A stretch of DNA of 64,000 nucleotides, from positions 129,004-193,003 of the forward strand of contig JAZDQA010000001.1 in assembly GCA_043797085.1 (NCBI GenBank), read 5' to 3'. This document shows, one piece after another, positions 48,940 through 59,469 of this stretch. Positions within the stretch are counted from its first letter, which is position 1, and each line of letters starts with the position of its first letter. This DNA comes from Pseudomonadota bacterium (lineage in GTDB: Bacteria > Campylobacterota > Campylobacteria > Campylobacterales > Sulfurimonadaceae). The notes under the pieces were generated by a model. It did no database searches. It was not told the origin of the DNA and worked only from the letters and a program-made list of their open reading frames with translations. Made by a program: the position numbers and the translations under genes.

Positions 48940-49617
48940 TTAGCGCAGTACGTAGCTCAAGGGAACGCTGATCCGAACCGATTTGGAAGGTTTCGGAAAC
49001 TTAGAGGCGGTTTTTTCAATCAGTGTTCGCGCATCTTCATCCAATAAATCAAACCCTGAACCCTCTATTATTTTAATATCCTCAACACTTCCATCAGCCC
49101 CCAATGTAAATGCAATCCGTACTTCCCCTTGCATTTTTAACTTTTGTGCCATTTTTGGATATTTCAGATTTTGAAGCAATAATCCTCGAATCTCTCCTAG
49201 ATGGGCGTTTAAAAATTCTTTTTCGACATTGACGGGAGGAGGCGGTGGTGCTGGAGGAGCTTTTGGAGCGTCGAGCACTTTTGGCGGTGTAACAGGTGTT
49301 GCAACAACAGTTGGAGTTTTTGCAATCGTTTGCACTACAGGTATCACGGGACGTGGGACAATAGGTGCCGGCTTGATTGGGGGAGTGAGGGCAGGCTGGA
49401 TGGGGATATTTTTAGGGACTGGGGCCGGTTCTTGTTGTTTTGGCGGTAAAGGAGTCGGCATGCTTTGTTTTACGGGTACTGCAAACGAAGAAATATGAAT
49501 TTTTAGAGGTTCAGGCGGTTTTTTTTGGACATACATCGAGACGGCAAAGAAAAAAAGCCCAAGCAATACAGCATGAAGTAAAAGGGATATTCCAAGCGGA
49601 CGGTTGTTTAAAATCAT
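48940..49617 (-). CDS. Energy transducer TonB family protein
   Basis: SLLLH TM anchor, Pro-rich linker, YPKMA..QGEV..GSG..LD TonB C-terminal domain. Confidence 0.9.
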   Translation of the reverse strand: MILNNRPLGISLLLHAVLLGLFFFAVSMYVQKKPPEPLKIHISSFAVPVKQSMPTPLPPKQQEPAPVPKNIPIQPALTPPIKPAPIVPRPVIPVVQTIAKTPTVVATPVTPPKVLDAPKAPPAPPPPPVNVEKEFLNAHLGEIRGLLLQNLKYPKMAQKLKMQGEVRIAFTLGADGSVEDIKIIEGSGFDLLDEDARTLIEKTASKFPKPSKSVRISVPLSYVLR

Positions 49618-49663
49618 AGTGGAATTATACCGCTTGGTGCTTTTGGATAGCTTGAAAAACGAG

Positions 49664-49927
49664 TTAAAAGGTTGTTTTGGTTGAGGTGGAAATTTCACTC
49701 AGACGATACGCTGCATCGACGTGACCGCTGCGCATTGCTTTTTTCCACCATGCCATTGCAGCTTCTACGTTTTTTTCAACCCCTTCGCCGTAAAAGTAGA
49801 TCATTCCAAGATAGAACTGTGCTTCACTATCACGGCTGTAGGCTCCCAGCGGATAAAGAATCTGATAGGCTTTCTCATAATCTTGTGCGTCGTAGGCGGC
49901 GATTCCATCGGCAAGAGGGTCTGTCAT
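49664..49927 (-). CDS. Sel1-repeat protein
   Basis: AQFYLGMIYFYGEGVEKN..A..WW.KA. Confidence 0.85.
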   Translation of the reverse strand: MTDPLADGIAAYDAQDYEKAYQILYPLGAYSRDSEAQFYLGMIYFYGEGVEKNVEAAMAWWKKAMRSGHVDAAYRLSEISTSTKTTF

Positions 49928-50001
49928 TGATAATCCTTTAAGTAATAGTGTTATTATAGCAATCCCCCCTATTTTTTACTCTGATGGAATATAATACGCG
50001 G

Positions 50002-51246
50002 ATGAACTACGAAGAATATAGAGGAAAATCGGTCTTATTGTTGGGGAAAACTCGCTCGCTCAATGGTGCTGAATTTGAGACACTGTTAAAACTGCACGCT
50101 ATGAGTGCGGTGAAAAGTTTTGATGACACGGTCGCTCTTATCATCGAGGGAAAGATGATGAATCCCTTGGAACTTCAAGAAAGTACACGGCTTTATGAAT
50201 CCCACACCGTACCTATCGTCGATATTGGTGCGATTGAAAAATGGCTGTGCGGTTCCATCGAACCTAACCGACTTCTTATGAGCTTGAAACTTTCACGTGA
50301 TCAAGATCGTTTGGTCGATTTTCTCCAAAATCCGTATATTAGCGATGAGCTTTTTTTTAAACTGCTGAAACTTTACGATTGGCAGGGTGAAGGGCTTTTC
50401 GATAATGATGAGAACCGCAATGTGACTGCGGCGATTATCGGGCGATTTTATCAGGATTTAGAGCGTAATCATAACGTTCAGTACGCGATGAGCGGCTTAG
50501 CTCATTTGGTCGAAAAATATGGAACTCGTGAGTTAATAACGGCTATTTCTGAGCTTTCCCCGATTGCAAAAGAGTTAAAAAATTCAAACGAATCTTCTCT
50601 TAAAGGTGTTCTTGATGCCATGGCGTTTCACAGTGCTACATCTGAATCTCTTTTACGAGTATTGCTTAAAGAGCGAGCGTATTTACTGGCACATCGAGAG
50701 CCGTTGGCATTGGAACAAGAACTTCTTGCTTTAGACGATGAGATGATTGGGAGAAGTTTGGCACAAAATAGGACGTTGTCGCCCTCAGGTGCAGATTTTT
50801 TGGAGCAAAAATATCCTGAGCTGATTGCCTCATTTTATCCGTTGGATGAGGTGCGGTTTGAGCGGTTAACAGGAAACGCAGTTGCTCTTGCTTCGAATAA
50901 TACGCTCACGGCATCAATGCAGGAGAGATTAATGGAGATGAAAGATGAGGCTGTTTTTTCGGCATTGGCTCAAAATACGGTACTCTCTTTAGAGCACTTA
51001 GAGACTCTTTTTGCTCTTAATCGATACGCAGTTGATCTTGCGTCCAATACATCGCTTGCATCCCAACATCTCGAAGCGTTATATCAAACTTCTGAACCTG
51101 AAATTTTGAAAGCGCTAGCCTCCAATACTTCTACCCCCGTAGAAATACTCTATCAACTCTCACTCGACCAACGTACCGAGAGAGCGGTAAAAACCAATTC
51201 CGCTTTTGGTAAACACATACAAACCTACAACTTAGGATGGAACTAA
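50002..51246 (+). CDS. Hypothetical protein with C-terminal leucine-rich-variant/HEAT-like repeats
   Basis: Repeated LA(S/Q)N..(L/T) units; ALASNTSTPVEIL. Confidence 0.7.
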   Translation: MNYEEYRGKSVLLLGKTRSLNGAEFETLLKLHAMSAVKSFDDTVALIIEGKMMNPLELQESTRLYESHTVPIVDIGAIEKWLCGSIEPNRLLMSLKLSRDQDRLVDFLQNPYISDELFFKLLKLYDWQGEGLFDNDENRNVTAAIIGRFYQDLERNHNVQYAMSGLAHLVEKYGTRELITAISELSPIAKELKNSNESSLKGVLDAMAFHSATSESLLRVLLKERAYLLAHREPLALEQELLALDDEMIGRSLAQNRTLSPSGADFLEQKYPELIASFYPLDEVRFERLTGNAVALASNNTLTASMQERLMEMKDEAVFSALAQNTVLSLEHLETLFALNRYAVDLASNTSLASQHLEALYQTSEPEILKALASNTSTPVEILYQLSLDQRTERAVKTNSAFGKHIQTYNLGWN

Positions 51247-52241
51247 TGCGCGTTAGCGAGACAATAGCAACAATGAGTTCGATGATAGAGTCAAAAATCC
51301 CAACGTTTTTATGGGGTCCTCCCGGTATTGGAAAATCGTCGATTATCAAACAAATCGCGCATGATGCCGGGATTGAGTGCATCGATTTGCGCCTCTCACT
51401 CATGGATCCGACGGACTTAAAAGGGATTCCTTTTTACGATAAAGAACAACACCAAGCGCTTTGGGCTCCACCGTCATTTTTACCTCGTGAAGGTCGGGGG
51501 ATATTGTTTCTCGATGAGCTGAATTCGGCGGCTCCTGCGGTACAGGCTTCGGCATATCAGCTGATTTTGGATCGAAAAGTGGGTGAATATACTCTTCCTA
51601 ATGGATGGGCGATTGTCGCGGCTGGAAACCGTGAGGGAGATCGTGGGGTTGTGTATCGTTTGCCCTCACCGCTGGCAAACCGTTTTGTTCATGTGGAAAT
51701 GGAAGTAAGTGTAGAGGATTGGAGAAAGTGGGCAATGACGCGTGGCGTAGATGCTCGAATCGTTGCCTACATCGGATTTAAAAACGAAGCACTTTTTACC
51801 TTTGACCCCACGACTAATGAGCGAAGTTTTGCAACACCTCGCAGTTGGGAAGCAGTTCATAATGTGTTACAAAGTACGCTGCCTCAAAATCTCCTTTTAG
51901 ACGCGATTGCGGGTGCAGTAGGAAAAAATAATGCAGTAGATTTCTTGGGATTTTGTAAAGTAATGAGTCTGCTTCCTGATGTTGATGCGATTTTACGGGG
52001 GGAAGAATCGGAGTATCCCAATGATATATCCGCTCTTTATGCTCTCTCATCTGCATTAGTCGGACGGATTTTGAGTGATCCTGATGAGGGAAAAATCAAT
52101 CATCTTCTTCGCTATACGTTGAAATTGCAAAGCGAGTTTGCGGTGATGATCGTCCAAGACCTCCAGCGTCAAGGAATTATAATGGATCATATCCCGGCAT
52201 ACGGCGATTGGGTTAATGCGTACGCTTATTTACTATGTTAG
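51246..52241 (+). CDS. MoxR-type AAA+ ATPase
   Basis: Walker A GPPGIGKS, Walker B ILFLDE, AAGN, LANRF, TPRSW. Confidence 0.9.
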   Translation: MRVSETIATMSSMIESKIPTFLWGPPGIGKSSIIKQIAHDAGIECIDLRLSLMDPTDLKGIPFYDKEQHQALWAPPSFLPREGRGILFLDELNSAAPAVQASAYQLILDRKVGEYTLPNGWAIVAAGNREGDRGVVYRLPSPLANRFVHVEMEVSVEDWRKWAMTRGVDARIVAYIGFKNEALFTFDPTTNERSFATPRSWEAVHNVLQSTLPQNLLLDAIAGAVGKNNAVDFLGFCKVMSLLPDVDAILRGEESEYPNDISALYALSSALVGRILSDPDEGKINHLLRYTLKLQSEFAVMIVQDLQRQGIIMDHIPAYGDWVNAYAYLLC

Positions 52242-53320
52242 ATTTTAGCCGAGTTAAATCCAAGCTTCTTGTAGAGCATCCTTATTTCGGAACGTTATCG
52301 AGCGGTTTAGAAATCGTGGTCAATGACAACATCGAGAGCTTCACCCTGCACGGCAACCGTTTCGAGTATCGTGAAGATTTTTTCAACACCCTTAGCGACG
52401 AGCAAGTGGCGTTTTCGCTCTCTAATGCCGCGCTTCACACTGTCCTCTCTCACCCTTCGCGCATCGGCAATCGTTCTCCATGGCTATGGTATACGGCATG
52501 CGAACATGCGATTAATAACATGCTTATTGACAACGACTTCACCCCTCCCAGTAAAATCACCTACGATCCGCGCTTTCAGGGGCAATACGCCGAAGAGATT
52601 TATGAAGAACTGTTAGACACCATTACCCGTGAAGATTTAAACGATAAAGATAATGATTCCAGACGCAATGATGAGAGTCTTGATCAAAAACTCCAATCCG
52701 CGCAAACCGAACAATTAGCTCAAAATGCGCTTCAAAAAGCAGAAGAGATGGGAAGTTTACCCGAAGGGTTAGAGCGCTTAATACCCATGGTATTTAAAGG
52801 TGTTATCGATTGGCGCAGTGAGCTGCGTGATTGCATCGGCGGACATTACGTCAGTGATTACGCCATGATGCCCCCTTCTAAAAAACTCCTTTATGCCGGT
52901 ATATATCTCCCCAGTGCAACCTCTCGCCATCTCGAACTGTGTATCGCTATTGACAGCTCAGGGTCGGTAGATGAAGTTTTATTGGCGCAGTTTATCGCGG
53001 AGATTGAGTTGATTTGTGAACTTTTTGGCTCGTACAGTATTGAGTTACTGGTGTGTGATGACAGGATTCGTTCACATCAGCGTTTTACGAATGGTGAGAG
53101 TATAGAATATTCTCTAGAAGGCGGTGGAGGAACGGATTTTACCCCTGTGTTTGAGTTTATCGAAATGCAGTTAACACCACCAAAACTATTGATTTATTTT
53201 ACCGATTTAGACGGGAAATTCCCACTGTACGAGCCACCGTATGAGATACTTTGGATTGCCCCTTTAAAGAGTGAAGTGCCATTTGGGAGAGTGATAGAAA
53301 TCAAGGATAGTAATGATTGA
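52235..53320 (+). CDS. DUF2201-type metallopeptidase-like / VWA domain protein
   Basis: HPYFG N-terminus, W..AC..AIN, MIDAS IDSSGS, GGGGTDF, FTD. Confidence 0.85.
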   Translation: MLDFSRVKSKLLVEHPYFGTLSSGLEIVVNDNIESFTLHGNRFEYREDFFNTLSDEQVAFSLSNAALHTVLSHPSRIGNRSPWLWYTACEHAINNMLIDNDFTPPSKITYDPRFQGQYAEEIYEELLDTITREDLNDKDNDSRRNDESLDQKLQSAQTEQLAQNALQKAEEMGSLPEGLERLIPMVFKGVIDWRSELRDCIGGHYVSDYAMMPPSKKLLYAGIYLPSATSRHLELCIAIDSSGSVDEVLLAQFIAEIELICELFGSYSIELLVCDDRIRSHQRFTNGESIEYSLEGGGGTDFTPVFEFIEMQLTPPKLLIYFTDLDGKFPLYEPPYEILWIAPLKSEVPFGRVIEIKDSND

Positions 53321-54563
53321 AACAGCCTTAAAAATTTTAGAAACCTCCAACCTTTTTATCACCGGTGGAGCAGGTTCGGGCAAAACGACTCTGACGCGTG
53401 CCATCATCGAGGATGTTAAAAAAAGAAGTTTGAAAGTAGCCTGTTTAGCCTCGACGGGAATGGCGGCGACGTTGATTGAGGGGCAGACGCTTCACAGTTT
53501 TTTTGATTTGGGGATTGCGAATTCTCAAGAGGAATTGGAGCGTAACGGCAAGCTCGATGCGGCGAAAAAAATCATCAAACTCGTGGGGAGTATGGACGTT
53601 ATCATCATTGATGAGATTTCGATGGTGAGTGCTCCATTACTGGATATGATACGGCTTCGTCTGCTGCAATCCGATTTTAAAGGCAAGCTCATCGTGGTCG
53701 GGGACTTTTTGCAGCTTCCTCCGGTAACGCGTGGGAATGAACCGATTTGTTTTGCATTTGAGTCTCCGAGCTGGGAACGGTTTGCGTTTGAAACTCTTCA
53801 TTTGGAAGGATCGTTTCGTACCCATGAAGAAGAGTTTTTAACCTTATTAGAAAGTGTTCGTCATGCGTCAATCGATGAAAATTCAGTCGATGCACTGGAT
53901 GCTCTGGTGCGACCGTTAAACGAAGATAAAAGTACCATCACATTATTGTACGGAAAAAATATCAGTGCTCAAAATCACAACCGTTCACAACTGGAACATC
54001 TAAACGGAGATTCTATAGCGCTGTCTACGTACGTCACGATTCACGATAAAAAAATGCAAGATCGTGACGTAGAGCGGTTTATGAGTGAAAGCCGTTTGGA
54101 GAGCGTGATGCTCCTTAAACTCGGAGCTCCTGTCCTTTTTACCCGCAACTCGTGGAACTACTACAATGGAGAACGGGGGCGTATTCTCTCCATCGAAGAA
54201 GAGTGTGTTTGGGTGAAAAAAGAGGATGGTAAAAGTGTTAAAGTGGATCGGGTAGAGACAGTAAAATCTCGATGGATAGAAAAAGGGAAATCTCTTAATG
54301 AGGAGAAGCTCATTACTCTGAGTCAGTTTCCGATTACTCTCGCTTTTGCGATTACTATCCATAAATCGCAGGGGATGTCATTAGCTGATTACGTCATCGA
54401 GACCAACGAAATTTTTGCCCCATCGCAGTTTTATGTGGCACTTTCTCGCTCGGTATCGGCGCATCGAGTGACCCTTACAAAACCCAATCGCTCATGGGAA
54501 AAGTTGTGTTTCGTCCATCCTAAAGCGCAAAGATTCCATTATTCAAAGAATAAAATCTCTTAA
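53313..54563 (+). CDS. Pif1/RecD-like SF1B helicase
   Basis: TGGAGSGKT, IIDEISM, GDFLQLPPV, AITIHKSQG, YVALSR. Confidence 0.92.
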   Translation: MIETALKILETSNLFITGGAGSGKTTLTRAIIEDVKKRSLKVACLASTGMAATLIEGQTLHSFFDLGIANSQEELERNGKLDAAKKIIKLVGSMDVIIIDEISMVSAPLLDMIRLRLLQSDFKGKLIVVGDFLQLPPVTRGNEPICFAFESPSWERFAFETLHLEGSFRTHEEEFLTLLESVRHASIDENSVDALDALVRPLNEDKSTITLLYGKNISAQNHNRSQLEHLNGDSIALSTYVTIHDKKMQDRDVERFMSESRLESVMLLKLGAPVLFTRNSWNYYNGERGRILSIEEECVWVKKEDGKSVKVDRVETVKSRWIEKGKSLNEEKLITLSQFPITLAFAITIHKSQGMSLADYVIETNEIFAPSQFYVALSRSVSAHRVTLTKPNRSWEKLCFVHPKAQRFHYSKNKIS

Positions 54564-55280
54564 TCAGCGCATATCAAATAGGAGGGAGCCGTTTACATCA
54601 CGAACTTCCCATTTTTCACCATTTCGAGAAATTTTGAAACTTTTTGGAAGAACATTAACCAATAGTTTTTCTTGCTCCATCAATTCGGGTGAGCATAGTT
54701 TGCGTGTCGTTGCCGGAAAACCGATGGTGATTTGATTCCCTTTGATGGTATACGATGTGGTGTACTGATTGCAGCCTGTGTCTCCAAACATTTTTCCATC
54801 CGCTTGGATTTGCATACTGATAGGTGTTTGAAGAGCGATAACAGCTTGTTTCCCATTATTGAGATGATTAATGTGATAGAGTCCCTCTTTGAGAGTGTTT
54901 GAGAGAGCTTTTAATTCAATAAGCGATTCTCCTTTTACTCCCAATAATACCAATTTTTTTCCATCATTCGTGTAGCTGTTGGCTTCTAATAATGCGTTTT
55001 TGAATGCGGTTGAATTCTGTATATCAGAACATGCCATCATTGTGGACATCATTTTATCTGAGATTTTGAGAGTGTTTCCAAGAGATGTATAGGTGCCTCC
55101 AAATCGGTTACAACCGTCATTTCCGCTGATTTTCCCTTCATCAAAACGGATTGTAGCATTGGATGCGGTTGATTTCCAATCTCCATTTAAGGTAGGATAA
55201 GAAACGATGATATGAGGCTGCGGAGTACATCCGGTTAGGATGAATGTAACGGCTAAAGCTAAGAAGAATATTGCTTTCAT
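54564..55280 (-). CDS. META/HslJ-domain lipoprotein (two META domains)
   Basis: Lipobox LTGC; GNDGCN..STMMAC and GDTGCN..TTRKLC. Confidence 0.85.
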   Translation of the reverse strand: MKAIFFLALAVTFILTGCTPQPHIIVSYPTLNGDWKSTASNATIRFDEGKISGNDGCNRFGGTYTSLGNTLKISDKMMSTMMACSDIQNSTAFKNALLEANSYTNDGKKLVLLGVKGESLIELKALSNTLKEGLYHINHLNNGKQAVIALQTPISMQIQADGKMFGDTGCNQYTTSYTIKGNQITIGFPATTRKLCSPELMEQEKLLVNVLPKSFKISRNGEKWEVRDVNGSLLFDMR

Positions 55281-55394
55281 TGAAACCTCTATAAATTTTT
55301 TTTTAAATGATAGCGGAGATTTTTTAAAGAAGGGTACTCCTTAAGAAACCTTTTGTTACTATGAGTGTCAAACTACATGTTTTTGGAGTACACA

Positions 55395-55793
55395 ATGAGT
55401 GGTGAATGGATGACTATTTTCGTGGGTATTATAGCTGTTTGTATGGTATTTATTACAGCAGTGATTATCGTAATCGGATTGCAAACTTTGAAAACGATGA
55501 AACGTGTGAACGAGTTTATAGGACTTGCCCAAAACGAGATTAGCTTTCTCTCGACCAAAGTTGCATTGACACTGCATGAAATTAATGAGTTAATCGGTCA
55601 TCTCAAAGATGAAACACGCGCACTGAGTGATAAATCGAAACTCTCACTGCATGAATTACACGATTTAATCTCCTATTTGCATGATGAAACTAAAAGTCTC
55701 GCACTCAAAGCTTCCAATGGTATTGCTAAAGTGACGCTTGGTTCACTCGCTATTGGGGCACTGTCTCAAATGTTAAAAAAGAAATCCAACTAA
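55395..55793 (+). CDS. Membrane-anchored coiled-coil protein (DUF948-like)
   Basis: GGAG RBS, N-terminal TM, helical repeats; paired with a YtxH-like gene. Confidence 0.55.
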   Translation: MSGEWMTIFVGIIAVCMVFITAVIIVIGLQTLKTMKRVNEFIGLAQNEISFLSTKVALTLHEINELIGHLKDETRALSDKSKLSLHELHDLISYLHDETKSLALKASNGIAKVTLGSLAIGALSQMLKKKSN

Positions 55794-55809
55794 ATCCAAG
55801 GAGAATATT

Positions 55810-56118
55810 ATGAACCAAAATAACACCCTCTCTCTTTTACTCGGAGCGGTACTAGGCGGCGTTGCAACGTATTATGCTATCAAGCATCAAGATGATATCA
55901 TCGATAAAATCCATGAGCTTGAAGACAATCTTAACATCGATCACAATGAGCTAATTAACAATGCAAAAGGTAAGCTCGATCAATTGACCAGCAGTTTGCA
56001 GTCTACTATCGGACGTTATACTCACAGTGATGATACGGTGGAAAAAGCGGATGAAATCGCGGCTATTACCGAAGAGTTAGATCGTCTTCGTGCAGAAGTT
56101 CAAGCCCTAAAGGTTTAA
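55810..56118 (+). CDS. YtxH-like protein
   Basis: LLLGAVLGGVA N-terminal segment followed by coiled coil. Confidence 0.55.
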   Translation: MNQNNTLSLLLGAVLGGVATYYAIKHQDDIIDKIHELEDNLNIDHNELINNAKGKLDQLTSSLQSTIGRYTHSDDTVEKADEIAAITEELDRLRAEVQALKV

Positions 56119-57176
56119 TGAACTACATGATTGCGTCGTAACATTCGCAAAAGTGTTACGGCGAATGCGACTATCGCAGGTCCCAAAATAAATCCCCAAA
56201 ATCCAAATGTCGCAAGTCCCGCAATAATCGCGAAAAAAATCAAAAAATCATTAATAGCTTTTCGCCCTTGACTCAACAGGTGATTGAGCTGTTGCAAGAT
56301 AATAAGCCGTACAATGTTGTCGATAAAAAATGAGAGCATTGCCCATGAATAGATAAAAATGATGAGGGCATTCATTGCATTACCATTGAAAAACTCATTG
56401 AGAGCAACGGGGATGAAGATCAATGCAGTTCCAACGATAGGGATGACAGAGGTTACGGCAATCATGAGTCCAAGTAAAAGTGGATCATATCCATCGAAGA
56501 AACTGATAAATATTCCAAATGCTAACCCTTGGGCAATTGCAACGCCGATGAGCGTGTAAAAGCCTGCCGATGTCGTAGAAATCATATCCATCACAAATTC
56601 CATACGAATAGAACGTTTGATGGGGATGATAGGGGCAATGGCGAGGGTAAGATCGCGTCGGTACCATGAGAGAAAAAAGAAGAAAATCACAATCATCACC
56701 ATATCACCCAATGCACTCATAAGACCAAGAACACCACTTCCTAAACCGGAAACGGCGGTGGAGACTATTTTTTCTTGATTTACACTCACTTTTGCACTAA
56801 GCATTTCAAGAGGTTTTTTAAGCCAGTCCACCGAATCGGGTGCGAGAGCGAGGATATGGACACCTTGTGCGTAAAACGTTTTCCCAATGGCATAGAGCTC
56901 TGTTGGATGTGCGACAATGTAGTAGACGAAAAAAAGTATGGGAACAAAGAGAATGGTAATTAAGAAAAGAGTCATAGCACTGGCGGTGAGAAGAGGTGCA
57001 TGAACAGCTATTCTCGGATATTTTTTGAGTTTGGTTTCAAATAGTATGTGTAATGGTGTAAAGGCGGTTACGAGCAATAAAGCCACAAAAAAACTTTTTA
57101 AAAAAGGAAAAAAAAGCCAAATAAATAACCCCATCGAGATTAATATCATCACTTTTACAAAACTGTTTCGTACCAA
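56115..57176 (-). CDS. AI-2E (PerM) family transporter
   Basis: FFFF..Y, AQG, SVIPIVG, IDNIVR, FGFWGFILGP; TTG start after AAGGGA. Confidence 0.85.
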   Translation of the reverse strand: MVRNSFVKVMILISMGLFIWLFFPFLKSFFVALLLVTAFTPLHILFETKLKKYPRIAVHAPLLTASAMTLFLITILFVPILFFVYYIVAHPTELYAIGKTFYAQGVHILALAPDSVDWLKKPLEMLSAKVSVNQEKIVSTAVSGLGSGVLGLMSALGDMVMIVIFFFFLSWYRRDLTLAIAPIIPIKRSIRMEFVMDMISTTSAGFYTLIGVAIAQGLAFGIFISFFDGYDPLLLGLMIAVTSVIPIVGTALIFIPVALNEFFNGNAMNALIIFIYSWAMLSFFIDNIVRLIILQQLNHLLSQGRKAINDFLIFFAIIAGLATFGFWGFILGPAIVAFAVTLLRMLRRNHVVH

Positions 57177-57219
57177 AATATTTCCCTTTTTTAAATTTAT
57201 ACTATTGTAGCATTTAATG

Positions 57220-58425
57220 TTAATGATTGGTAATAATGGAAAAGCAATGAAATCCGTTGTCGTAATGATAGGCAAGAGAAAATTCATGTTTTTTTATGAT
57301 TTTACTGACAATGTTAAGCCCTAATCCAAATCCTTGTGTCGTGCGTGAATGTTCTTGACGTGTAAAAGGTGTTAATAAATATTCAAACTCTTTTTCCAAA
57401 GGTTCTCCATGATTAATGACGCTGATTTTATTCAAGCTTACTTCAAGGGTAATGGGGAATTGATCGGTATATTTTAGAGCATTATCAAGGAGATTTTTCA
57501 AAGCAAGGGCGAGATATTTTAAATCACCGGTGAGTGAAAAATTGGTTTTTATTTCAATTGTTATTGCTGATTCGTCGATGAGGTGAAGTTTAGAAAGAGC
57601 TTCTAAAACGAGTGTTTCAGCACTGAATGTTTGAGTATCTATTGTATCGGTCGCTTGAAGTTTTTCGATTTCTAAGAGTTCTTGTGTCAGTTGATCGAGC
57701 TCTGCAAAAGAACGTTTGATCATCTCTTTTGCGCTTGAGGATGGAATCTGTTCCAATGCAAAGAGTCCTCGAGAGATTGGGGTACGAAGCTCATGCCCTA
57801 CGTCACGAAGTAATTCTTCTCGGGAGAGGATTAAATTTTCAATGGTGCGTGCCATCTCATTGTAGGTATGTGCAACTTCACCTATCTCATCATGAGAGTG
57901 GATATTACTGCGGTTTTGGTAGTCCCCGGTAGCAAATTTACGCATACTGGATGCAATGGAGCGCAATGGTGAAAGCATCCGTAGAATGATGAAGAAAATA
58001 ATAGCCAATACGGCGATATCCAAAGCAACAAGAGAACCAACTATCCACCCATCTTTCTTTGCCTCTCCAAGCGTCGTATCGCGAAGATACAATTCCTCAT
58101 CGATATAGCGGACATGTAGGATGTAATCGCCACTTTGCTCCTCGAAGATTTCAAATAAACCAAAGGTATGCGGCTGTTGCATGATATAGCGCTTTGGGGT
58201 GCTGGGAGAAGTTTTGGTCAGGTTTAATGTCTTGAGTTTTCCCTCCAGTTCGGTACCCGAAGTAATCGCCATCCATGCAAATATTTTACGCCCATCAAGA
58301 AGATATTTTTGAAGGACAAGAGCTTCGTATTTTTGGGTATTTATGGTGTCAATTTGATAGCCAATACCAATCATTAGGGTCAAGCTGATTAGAAATAATG
58401 ACGTTATTTTAGTAAATATGGACAT
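57220..58425 (-). CDS. Sensor histidine kinase (ArsS-like, HAMP)
   Basis: HAMP DEIGEVA, H-box GHELRTP, NLLDNA, GFGLGL. Confidence 0.92.
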   Translation of the reverse strand: MSIFTKITSLFLISLTLMIGIGYQIDTINTQKYEALVLQKYLLDGRKIFAWMAITSGTELEGKLKTLNLTKTSPSTPKRYIMQQPHTFGLFEIFEEQSGDYILHVRYIDEELYLRDTTLGEAKKDGWIVGSLVALDIAVLAIIFFIILRMLSPLRSIASSMRKFATGDYQNRSNIHSHDEIGEVAHTYNEMARTIENLILSREELLRDVGHELRTPISRGLFALEQIPSSSAKEMIKRSFAELDQLTQELLEIEKLQATDTIDTQTFSAETLVLEALSKLHLIDESAITIEIKTNFSLTGDLKYLALALKNLLDNALKYTDQFPITLEVSLNKISVINHGEPLEKEFEYLLTPFTRQEHSRTTQGFGLGLNIVSKIIKKHEFSLAYHYDNGFHCFSIITNH

Positions 58426-58428
58426 GAA

Positions 58429-59100
58429 TCACCCTGTGAATTTGTAGCCGATACCCCACACCGACTTTATGTAAAGGGGCTCTTTGGCATCGTCACCGAT
58501 TTTTTGACGGAGGTTGCTGATGTGCATGTCGATAGTGCGGTGTTTAATCTCTTCATCCAGTCCAAGCGCATGGATGATTTGATCACGCGATAGATTTTTA
58601 CCGCGATTTTTAACCAAGAGGAGAAAAATATCAAATTCTATTCGCGTTAAATCGATTCCATATCCGTCCATTGTGAGGGATTTATTGGATTCATCAATCG
58701 TAAAATCAGATACGGTAAACGTATTTTTATGACCGTAACGGCGCAGCACGGCTTCGAGACGAAGTACGAGTTCTCGCGGCTCATACGGCTTGTCTAAATA
58801 ATCATCTGCGCCAAGATCATAGCCGTAGATCTTGTTGCCCAGATCGGTTCGGGCAGAAGAGATTATAATGGGAATGTCGAGCTGTTGCTTGATTATTTTG
58901 GCGACATCGAATCCATCCATTTCGGGAAGCATAAGATCGAGAACGACGATATCAAACGGTTCTTTGCGTACCAATAAAGCATCAAGAGCTGCCTTAGGAT
59001 TACTGTACCCGACGGTGGTAAATCCAAACGGCTCAAGATACGCGATGATCAGCTCTTGCAACGCGATGTCATCTTCGATGAGAAGGACTTTTTTACTCAA
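58429..59100 (-). CDS. OmpR-family response regulator
   Basis: Receiver LDLMLP; winged helix RTIDMHISNLRQK..VWGIGY. Confidence 0.95.
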   Translation of the reverse strand: MSKKVLLIEDDIALQELIIAYLEPFGFTTVGYSNPKAALDALLVRKEPFDIVVLDLMLPEMDGFDVAKIIKQQLDIPIIISSARTDLGNKIYGYDLGADDYLDKPYEPRELVLRLEAVLRRYGHKNTFTVSDFTIDESNKSLTMDGYGIDLTRIEFDIFLLLVKNRGKNLSRDQIIHALGLDEEIKHRTIDMHISNLRQKIGDDAKEPLYIKSVWGIGYKFTG

Positions 59101-59467
59101 TTTCCCACTCCTGCATATGGCGGATGAATTTTTGTTTTTGCGGTGGAGTCAAAATCTTATGAAGGTTTTCTAGCAGCCGTATTTGAATACCTACTGAGAT
59201 TGTCTGCATCTCCATGCTTTTAGCCCGAAATGTTTTTTCATCAAAGGTTGGATTGAGAAATAGGGCATTGAGCTCTTGCTGTGTTTTAGCGTTTTGTTTG
59301 TGATAGAGGCGCGATGAACTTTGATACTCTCGCATGGTTTCTTCAATCGCTTGATGTTGTTGCTTCGTCAGCTGTAAATCATGCAAATCCATGGGGAAAC
59401 GTCGGTGATCGTCAGAATCTGCCCACACAAAACATAACAGTGAGAGTATCATTATAAATGACTTCAT
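59093..59467 (-). CDS. Spy/CpxP family periplasmic protein
   Basis: Signal peptide, LQLTKQQ and ILTPPQ motifs. Confidence 0.8.
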   Translation of the reverse strand: MKSFIMILSLLCFVWADSDDHRRFPMDLHDLQLTKQQHQAIEETMREYQSSSRLYHKQNAKTQQELNALFLNPTFDEKTFRAKSMEMQTISVGIQIRLLENLHKILTPPQKQKFIRHMQEWEIE

Positions 59468-59469
59468 TT

